A DNA stretch of 60,027 nucleotides, the filler included, from Catajapyx aquilonaris (lineage: Eukaryota): NCBI GenBank assembly GCA_000934665.2. It is 2 parts of 2 records of this genome, joined end to end, with 100 filler letters (N's around TTAATTAATTAA, not from the genome) between each part and the next. Parts side by side here need not be neighbours in the genome. Positions count along the whole stretch, not along the records: positions 30,070 to 60,027 come from JYFJ02004710.1; 1 more part is not named here. One strand, written 5' to 3'. Below, piece after piece: positions 50,388 to 60,027 of the stretch (the stretch's first letter is position 1; each line of letters begins with the position of its first letter). The notes under the pieces are model-generated. The model was not told where the DNA came from and made no database searches. It saw only the letters and a list, made by a program, of their open reading frames with translations. Position numbers and translations under genes: made by a program.

Positions 50388-52776
50388 ATAGTTTTAATTA
50401 TTCGCACCCAGTCGTCTAACATGCGTAGGCCTACGGTATAGTGAATGGAATTCAAGATTCTGTCATGTATAATTCGGTATTGCTAAAATGTGCAAGAAAT
50501 TTTGTTCTTGTGAGTTTTCTCTCTCTATCATTTCGAGAAAAAAATCACAATTTTATACAAAATTGGTAAAGATAAACCTGACATATTGGAAGACAGTGTT
50601 TCTTCCAGCTTGCAAACAAAATAAAAATAAAAAAATAAAAATCTCTTACGCACATTTCAGCGGTCTCTACAGTATACACCGGGCTACAATCTTGAAGTTG
50701 CATCGACCATCAGTTCCACATTTATGCTCACAAACTGACTGTGGCATAACACCGTAGTTTTTAAAATTCCACATTAGGATGGAATTTGCTTTTAATCATA
50801 GAAGATGGGTTCATCGATTGAGACACCGGTATATTGACAACGAGGTTTAGGTGACAAGACATAAGTTATAATTTCCAATCTGTCAGTTTAAATATCATTA
50901 ATGGAGTCAGTATGCATGTTTTATAACAATTATAAGTTAAGGAGGTTAAAAATGTTACCTAAAAATATTTTCCCTAACTTTCAGTGTCCTTAGACTGTGG
51001 ATTCACTAAATGTGATAAGCGAGGTTTTTGTGTTAATTTCGAACTCGCCGCTGCTGCCATTTGTGTGACCTATCCCATTCTCCAAGGTTCGTAACTGCTA
51101 CGAGATAATATTAAAGACTGTTGTAAGTATGTAAGAGATACACCATCTCAAGAGGTGTTGTATCTCTGTTCGGACGTATTTTGAGAGGCATCTATGTATT
51201 ATGTGCACCTTGTCGCACATCTTCATGCTCCTTTTGAAATGAATGGAGTGGGATTATATACTTTTTCTAACGGGCATGGCTCTGGGGTAATTATGCTCAT
51301 CAATAGGTGGTATTCCCCCAGAGTAATAATACAGAGGTTGCACAATTAATTATTGGCAGAAACATTTCCTCTTGTAAAATGATAATCTATAAAGTGAGCC
51401 AAAGGACTACTCTACTCCATGGAGCAAGAAGCATAATATTTGCTGTACAGTACTTGTATAATAAAATGTCACTTAAGTAAGGTGCTCGCGTGGGTTTTCT
51501 CAGGGTTTTTCGCTTTCCCCCCGCAATCAAAATCCATCAGCTCAGTTAATGGGGGAAAAAAAGTCGGTCAATTACAAGAAAATCCCCTCAAAGGCCAGCA
51601 GAATAACCAATTATAAACCAGGAAGAATCCGATTGTAAATTGTCCAGCAAACTTATATGGTCATAAATTGATCACATTCCGCGGGAATCAAATCCTATTC
51701 ATTCCCCCCCCCCCTCCTCCCCTGACCTATCATGGGAAGGCCGTTACGAACTGAATCATCCCAACACTGTCCAAATTTGTGGGAACAATTCACGCACCCT
51801 GCACAAAAAAAAAAATCCTTCTCATTTACTCCAGGTCAAGGTACGCCGGACATTTCCTGCTACACCATGGTCCGAATTACTCTTCAACAAAAGGACACAT
51901 GTCGTGTCCCCCTGTAAAATAAGTCTCTCATCCGGTATGGGCGTCATAATCACACCCGACTCCAAATGAGTTCCGTGATAACTGCATCTTTATTAACTCC
52001 GGGCGCGATTTTCCGTCCTTGACTCGAAGGTAAAAANGGGGGGGGATTATACCAAGTGCATGCATGTAACTCCAAAAAAAAAATATGGCCCCGACCAGCA
52101 TTAATTGATTCAAGGGAGGCGACAGCGGGAACGTGAGCATCTCCACAACTCGGGGTAAGAAAATAAACGCCCATTGGATTCGCCTCTCCATCGGGGCACC
52201 AGACAAAAGAGCTCCAATTTTGGGATCTTGGGGTTGCGTAACCTTAATCTGATGCACGCGTCTCATTCCACGGTCATCTGTATAAAAAGGAGGATGAAGG
52301 TCCACCTCCAGACAGTTGTGCACTTCTATTTCTGCTGGGGAAACTATGGGGTCACTTAAGGTGGGTGTGCTGAGAGTTTCGGGGGCGGAGGTGATGTTTT
52401 GGAAGGGAGTTCGTATTAGGTAGAGTGTCAGTATGTTATTTGAATTTGATTCCGAAAAATGCGGAAATAGTGACTTGAGTGACAGTGCAGTTTTTGTAAA
52501 TACACTCAAAATAATGCTAAATCTGGTATGAGCGTGTGAGGACTAATATTGCAACTGAAGTGTTGGAGGTAGCTCCATCTCAAAAGGAGTTGCAAGTTAT
52601 GAGTATTAAGTACGAGCCACACAATAGCATGTAATTACGGGGCAACTTGCAATTTCCTTCGTAATTGGTTATAACGGTAACTTCCTCCCACACTTCGCTG
52701 TAATTCTGGGCCACAGTGTAATTTTTTAAAGTCCAAATTCCAACCATTGTTGACATTATTAAGTCACAATATAATA

Positions 52777-53375
52777 ATGGAAACGAAGGTAACGTTATTG
52801 GGAGCTTTTAAAAAATAGCTCCATGCGTAACGAATGCTGTATGTGAACTATATAACCATTTTTCCTACAGGAGTTAGTGATATTGTGGACTATGATGGCT
52901 ATAGTTACGGCTGATTACTTCTCTAATAGCTATACACCTGCTCCTTATCACGACGGATACGATTACTCGGGAGGAAATTATTACGTAAGTAAATAGCTCC
53001 AAAATTATTAAGAACAATGATATCTGACGATTAAATATCTGCAGAATTCACCCAACTACCGGTTCCAATATCAAGTTCACGACTATCATGGGAATGATTA
53101 CGGTCACCAGGAGAGCCGTAAAGGTGACGAGACAACTGGGAAATACCAGGTAAATCCCACTTTATACATACGTAACAGTACATGTACACTGCTATTTCAT
53201 AACTGCAAACTATTTTCAGGTGTTGCTCCCAGATGGAAGGACACAAGTAGTGACTTACGTCGCTGATAAAGGCGGCTATCGAGCCAAAGTGAGCTACATT
53301 GGCGGCTCTCGACATCACGACACCTATTCAGGATACAACAAATACAAGCCTTCTTCGTCATATCCTTACTATTGA
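52777..53375 (+). CDS. Cuticular protein with RR (Chitin_bind_4) domain, pro-resilin/RR-2-like, ~128 aa
   Basis: Exons 52777-52788 (METK), 52871-52984 (signal-like), 53045-53149 (YRFQYQVHD..YGHQESRKGDETTGKYQ), 53220-53375 (VLLPDGRTQVVTYVADKGGYRAKVSY). All phase-0 GT-AG; AATAAA at ~53645. Not captured by the ORF track. Confidence 0.9.
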
Positions 53376-55318
53376 GATGTTTTGTACCTTCATATTGTCT
53401 TATTCATTAGCTTGATATGCGTATAATTGCGCCTACTTTCAAGTATTTTCACCGACACTTTGGCTGCCGGGAACTTGTGCAATCTATTAATTATTGTTAT
53501 TATTATTTTCCCACTGCTGTGTTCTAACATGTGCTACATGGCAGGCAAAGTGCGTATACTTTCAGTTGCGTCCGAAAAAGGCGTTTCATAATCAACGTGT
53601 AATATTGTGTCATTAGTTGCAATTATGTGTAGACTTTTGTTGATAATAAAAGACTATGATATATTATACATCTCAATATGTTGTCTCCTTATCTCATAAT
53701 AATTGACAGAAAAAGTCAGCCCCTTTCTCATCTACAGATGTTGGAATCATTTGTAACAAAAACCATTTAAAAATAAACATCCAAGCGGAATTTAATTACT
53801 CATTGTTTTCTCCTTGCAAGACCTATTTACGTAATGAATTTTTGATAATAAAAATATTTCGCCCCAATAAACAGCCAACACAATTCGAACCTTCCACCGA
53901 ATGAAAAACATGCGAGAGTGACATTTCGTAAGTGACGTCTCCCCCGGCTCGTTTTCGAACGGCGGTGAATAATACCTTAATGAATAAAAAATGCGACAGG
54001 TTGCCCAATCCAAACGTGACTTTAGGAAACTCTCCTCAGCAGTTATAAATTCAATGTATAGATATCCGATTAGAGTGCCAAGGGCAGAGGGGGAAACAAC
54101 CCTCATCGCCAAATCTCGATGGAGAAACAGAGCATGAAAATACCTTCACAACAAATTTTTTTCAGGTTACAAAGGTTCATACCTATCTGCCTCCCCCACC
54201 CCCAACCATGGGGCAGCTCCTTAGAAAAAGAAAAGAAGCGGAACATTTCATCTGTCTATTCGATTCTTTGTAGCACACCTATTCTCCCATTATTAGCCTT
54301 ATCAGGTTTCCAGCAGTGAACGCACAATCACAATAGAACTGCGTACGAAATCGTCTTTCACTCTTCCTAATATCGACACGTTAACAACCCTACAATTGTC
54401 AGAACCGAACAAATCTGTTTCCCATTCGTCCGGCGTGGAACTAACACGCGAGCAAAAAGGCCTGGGTAATTATCCCGCTGGAAAGAGACACGAGAAATTA
54501 AACCCCTGGCTCTCTCATGAATGCAACTTAACACTCCTTGTTTGCAGGTGAGAGTTAAACTCGACATCTTGAGGCGACTTGGACGACAGCTGAATCGTTC
54601 TTTCAATCGACACTTCCTCGTTAGCACTCAGGAAATGACGATTGGTTGCCTACCCTCCAGGTTGAAAAAGAAATGGAGGATCTCTTTGCAAAAGACGTGG
54701 GCTATCATGCTTCAATAACCTTGTTGAAAAGGTCATAAATTTCATGGGCTGTTTACAGACCCCTTATTTGTAAATCCCATATTAGTCGCAATCAGGATGT
54801 AATCATGTTGATTACACTAACTGCCGGATAGCATGAATCTGGACAAAAATTCCAATTAACCCTCGTTCAGTGCCAAATCTTTCACTCCCTTAGGGGTGTC
54901 AAAATCGTGCATATCCGCCAACACACCGTCCTAAATAACGCATGTATCCCTCCCCAAGAAGAAGAAAAAAATTAACTGCCTCACCACGACAGGACACATC
55001 CCAGGCACGGCCCTTCCTCACCTTACCATGAACCCATGACCCACCTGGTCATTACACTATTGCACACCCCCCCTGGCCCAGAAATGACAGCCTTGGGAAG
55101 CACCCATTATTGAGTAGGGAATCACAAAAGTGAAATAATTGACTCTCACTTCCTCTCTTCACAGGGGACCATCTCAGTTTCTTTTTCCTGATTTTTTTTT
55201 TAAAGGATTTGTACCCCCCCCCCCCCTCAAGACCCCGCCCTTCTGACCCTGCATGTTTGCAAGAAAGCGTAACCGCCCCACCGCCTTCCCCCAATTCCCC
55301 CCTTCCCTCCTTGTCCCT

Positions 55319-55356
55319 TATAAATGGGAGCAAATGCCGGCCAGGATTTCTCAGTC
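55319..55356 (+). promoter_or_regulatory. TATA box and arthropod initiator of cuticle gene 2
   Basis: TATAAAT at 55319 and TCAGTC at 55351, ~60 bp before ATG CTG GAC ATC AAG|GTGAG. Confidence 0.65.
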
Positions 55357-55411
55357 ACCTCCGTTATCAAGTGCAGCTCACGCGTGCAGTTTAGGTGTCT
55401 CACGGAAAACC

Positions 55412-58400
55412 ATGCTGGACATCAAGGTGAGGTGTGGGCTGCTCTAGTTATTGTTGTTGGATTGGGTGACCTTGAGAGGGAAGAGCGTGACCTGAGGTGC
55501 CGACGGATCGAGGGGTCACGGGATGATGTTGGGTTTTGCGCGCTTGTCAAGGAACGATTCTGGTTTGTTGTATAGTCTGATGGTCAGTTTTCACGTGTTT
55601 TCTGACCTTTCTGATGGCCTGGAGGAGTGGGGTGTTTATCAGTGTTACAAAATTGCATTGTTATCGCTTCAGTCAAAGTTCACAATTAAAAAACGATTTG
55701 CAATGTCTAACAATTTAATATGTGTGACATCTTCTCTGACTGAATCAATCCTGATCAGGCATGGCGGCCAAAGCACCACAGATTTAGTGGCCATAAATGT
55801 GATCGAGTTATCGTATACCGCGTAAACGGCAATTCATTACTGCCATTGCATTGTCAAGTTATAACCCTGAGGGAAGCATTAAATGCCAATTGTTCGCATG
55901 TAAATTATAAACCAATAATATTAGGACATTTCAACCGGTTAACAACCTGTGATTGAATTGATTATGCACGCTATAGTCTACATTATCTGAATTGCAGTTT
56001 TTTGTACGTCAGATAATCAGCGTAAAATTTGCACAATATTCGTAATATTTATAACATACATATCAGCCCAATATCGCAACTATCTGAATCTGCTTCGGAT
56101 TTTGCTAACCAGTAATCAGTTTTTCTATATTTTAAAAAGCTCTCGTACAATTTATTTCGGAGTCGTGTGAACAATCACTGTGCTACTTATCGCAATTTGC
56201 AAACACAAACAAAAACTTGCAATAACAGACGTGACAAACTGTCCAATTTAAAGGCATACCCCCCCCCCCCCTCTGTAAATAGACGGTCCACACATTCATG
56301 TATAAACTCCGCTTAGATCAGGGCGTTTACGAAGCCACTGAAACCATACCCCCATTACCAAGTGCAAAAGGTGAGATAACAGGTGTGAACAAATTGGCAT
56401 CTTCCACGCGAATTACAAGCCCCAGAGAAACTCCAGGCTCTGTGCCAACCTGCTAGTTAGAATGCTCAGTTCTTTTTTTTTTCTTCTTCTCATTGCGTAA
56501 GAACGGACGCGGACGCCTCTTGTAAAAGATTGTTTCTCTCACGTCACCTCTCAGATATCAGATGTTGTATATGAAGATTTCGCAATGTCTTCCGGAGAAA
56601 CCTATTCTCATCCTCATTGGCAAGTGGACGTGCGACCACATCCTGTAATTAACGTCTCACTATTCCTTCTTGTATTTTAGTGGGATCTTCACTCCGGTAT
56701 CGGAAGCACGCACCATAACTCATGTACCGATTGGTGCTGACATGTGGGCGGTTACATGTCTCCAAACTTTACGTAACCTTGCATTCAAAAGGAGTTAAAC
56801 GCAGCTTTTTTTTTCTTCTTCCAGGTACCTATAATCGAATCCCTGACATCAGAGAACAATAAGACTTCCGGACTCTTAAAAGACGATATTATCTAAGGTC
56901 CATCGTTACTTTCGACCATTGGAAAGCTTCTACATATATTGTTTCGGAGTGTTCGAGGTTTTTATGTTGAGCTCGCTCCCTGTGCTTCTTGTAGGTTCTT
57001 TTCAGTTTCGCAGACATCTTGTGCAATCACCCGCCCCAACTACATGCGCATGATTTTCTAGCGATCTCCCTGTTATAAAAGTGCCTGGAGGATTCACGAA
57101 TTCTGCCAGGCTGTATCTGATGGCAATGAAATCTGTGGAAAGCGGCGGGATTATCATAATCTCCACCGTCGCTCCAACTTACCGCTCACTTGCATTGCAG
57201 TAGATACTGCCGGGTGACTGACCAACTAGATTTGCCTTTTTGATTGTTGTCGTGCATTTTATTGGAAGCGAGAGGCAACCTGCTTAGTACTGTACCTCGA
57301 TGCTTTCGGTCAACATTGCGACAGTCCTTTATTTTTGCCAGAATTAAATGAAAATGTTGAAGCATTACACAATTTCATCAAGTGTCATTTTAGTAAACGT
57401 TCTGGTTTACGTCACTCAATAGCCTGAATTGCCCAATAGTTATTCGGCAAGGATCATGGTGTCAAGGACCGAATCTATTCGTAAACCTCCCTATTTTATT
57501 CGTCCCGCTTGATCGAAGAGGCAGTATACCGACGTACTGGTATCAAAAATGGTTATTTCCGTACTCACCATTGACCAATGCTCTCGGCACATGTGCACTG
57601 CGCAGAACGACGAATGTATCGCAGCGGTCATCCATTCGTGGCTACCAAACATAATCTTATGGGCTTCTGTACGAAAACACACCGTTAAATTCACTCCTCA
57701 GCACCTCAGGGCAACCAAATCACAGACCAATAATCCACGGCCACTGTGTCCCGTTCCTGGTCTCATCCAAGGGTACTCTAATGGTCAACCCCAATTACAA
57801 CCTATACAGCATCAGGGCTATTCCAGCCGGAAATCCAGCAGACAAAGGGATGTCGGTGACCCACAGCCATTATAGAATGCCGCATTATCTGTCTACTGGG
57901 TCTACTGCTGTATGACGTTGTGTGTGGCGATAATATTGGTAGGCTGATAGCAAATCGACAGCCTGAACATCTCGAGAAGGGAAACGTATTTGATGGCTTT
58001 GTAACAATTTAAATTTCATTATCTATAAGTACTTGTATGTTCCTCACCATAGCGCATTTCTCAGATTGGCTGGCATATGCCTCAACTACTGGTACCGTAT
58101 TTTATGATGCCAAAGAAAATTTATCGGTGTACATAAGAGGAGAACCCAACAATCTCTGTAGTTTAGTGGCAGAACACATACTCTTTTATAGAGTGTGGAC
58201 CTGGGTTCAATTCCCAGCGGAGATAAAGGTTCAAACTTGCAGTTGTCCTTTACAGTACATCACCTTTTAAAACTAACTTTTAATGCGTGTGGCGCTAACT
58301 TGTAAGTGAGGAACTTTCATCAAAGGAGAAGTGCATTTAATAATTTTGTTCTAATATAGCACAGCGTTGCTTCCCTTAATAACGTAACTCTACAGTTTCT

Positions 58401-59544
58401 TACAGTATTTGGAACAATCATTGTGTGTGCCTCATCCCAAATATTCTACCGTGCTGTGCATGGAGTAAATAATTATGACTTATATCCCACAAATTATTAC
58501 GTAAGTATGACACTTTTATTATTTAATATTAGAGTGTTTTACTCGATATTGTGTAATTAATTATTATTAGCAAGTAACATGTATAACACACTATACCAAA
58601 TGCAGAGCCGAAAGGTAATAGATGGCACAAATAAGTACATAGAGATATTTAACAGTATAGAATTACAATACATGCAGGCATCCATGTTTTATTCCTCAAG
58701 CCAGTAAAACATATTAATGGTCACGAAGGTCAATTTATGGACAAGGAATAACAATGGCAGTGAAAGGGGAGGGATCATGCCATCAGTTTAAAAACCAGGC
58801 AAGTGTAAAACCAGCTTGCACTATTAAAGCGTCTGTTTACCTTTACTTCTTTAAAATTACGGTAAAGGCATGCCGTTGGGCCTGTAGAAATGAGGCCAGC
58901 TGCTGCCTCAAGGGGTCACAGTGTAAGGCTAATAATTATGTGTGAAAATCCCGCGTTATTACTAGTACTAGACATTTTGAAATGCCTCTATCGAAATCCA
59001 AAAATTTCTAAGGTGCCTCTAACTCACTAAAACACGCTGACACTATGAAATCAACTAGCATATTGAATTACCTCATGATTGTGAGGCAACTAATTTCTTC
59101 CTTTGTCCACTAATTATTACTACTCAGTAAAGGCCAATGCGGACTGTATCGCATTTTACTGACAGTATTGTTTTTGTATGATCCGGTTTTTTTTTTTTAC
59201 CTTCACAGACATCGTGGCCATCATACTACAACTTCGGATACCAAGTGGATGATCCCTACAAGAGTGCCTCCTACGGACACCACGAGCATCGGCAAGGCAA
59301 CGCAGTGACAGGCGAATACCGGGTGTTGCTTCCAGACGGTCGCACCCAGATAGTGAAGTACACCGCGGATGAATTCGGCTACCGGGCCAAAGTGGCCTAC
59401 TTAGAAGAAGGAGAGATGGAGGTGGTGCGACCATCCCGTACGCCCAGGGCCCCACTCAAAGGATCTCTTTATTACGACCACGGTACTTTGTTCCGCGTGC
59501 CCAGAACAGATATACCGTACCGAGTCAAGCATGCACTCAACTAG
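55412..59544 (+). CDS. Cuticular protein with RR (Chitin_bind_4) domain, ~151 aa
   Basis: Exons 55412-55426 (MLDIK), 58396-58500 (FLTVFGTIIVCASS...NYY|GTAAGT), 59209-59544 (YNFGYQVDD..YGHHEHRQGNAVTGEYRVLLPDGRTQIVKYTADEFGYRAKVAY). Confidence 0.85.
58152..58225 (+). pseudogene. tRNA-like sequence (pseudo-tRNA or SINE head) in an intron
   Basis: Acceptor stem ATCTCTG/CGGAGAT; D arm GTTTAGTGGCAGAAC; T arm CTGGG-TTCAATT-CCCAG. Anticodon arm non-canonical (11-nt loop). Confidence 0.6.
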
Positions 59545-60027
59545 TTTCAATTGATGTGAGTTGACGTGGGGAGAATGGAAGTCCTGCTGCTATCCACATT
59601 GGTGGGACATCCGGACATGCCTTATTTACCGCCATTCACCATTCATTTTGCAATATGGCAAGACCAAAGACTTATGGACAGTCACATTCTATAGGATGGG
59701 TATAAGGGTTCAATGCCTGAATAAGTGTTTGGCATATGTGATGGACTGTGGATCCAAGCACTTATACAGTCGAACCCTAGCTATACCTGTAAAATAAGGT
59801 CATTTTAAATAATCCATCTTGTTTTGTATAAAAAATTATGCATAAGTTATAAACAAAGTCAATACTATAATGTATTTGCCTGCAGAATTTTCTCATGCAT
59901 CCAATTTTCGTACGAATGAACTAAAAATGCAAATTAAAAAATACTTTTTATGAAACTGAAAGCTTTATTGTCATGATTTTTTGCACATTAATCAGAAGTA
60001 CGCCATACTGCACTGCAGGGGGGCACT

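Noticed and set aside
51488..51530. GTGGGTTTTCTCAGGG...TTTCCCCC resembling a SINE central domain
   Set aside because: Too short; no head, tail or TSD.
51928..52509. 193-aa minus-strand ORF
   Set aside because: Non-ATG start, includes an N, and has no recognisable motif or splice support.

Overview
Eukaryotic arthropod DNA (inferred from chitin-binding Rebers-Riddiford cuticle genes and GT-AG introns) in two halves joined by an artificial 100-bp linker (44 N, TTAATTAATTAA, 44 N; 29970-30069). Left half: a head-to-tail, plus-strand cluster of paralogous C2H2 zinc-finger genes (7 units U1-U7 with all exons, partial U0, orphan fragment U2b). Each unit has a conserved promoter module ending in AAGATGGC, a short non-coding exon, one coding exon for an unrecognised acidic N-terminal module (IKxE ... 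LPLKEET ... DDPL), and one exon with the finger array. This parallels KRAB/ZAD/FiNZ-ZNF architecture and is the best candidate for an undescribed system. The cluster shows a reconstructable recombination history, a shared linker-derived stop with fossil fingers in the 3' UTRs, and an intron-containing ING3-like PHD fragment replacing one 3' UTR. It also carries many TE insertions, several confirmed by empty sites in paralogs. Right half: mostly non-coding, with MITEs, SINEs and an ISL2EU-like relic, one small secreted Thr-rich gene and two RR-type cuticle genes. Everything was read by eye; no database search was run, and superfamily assignments are inferences.
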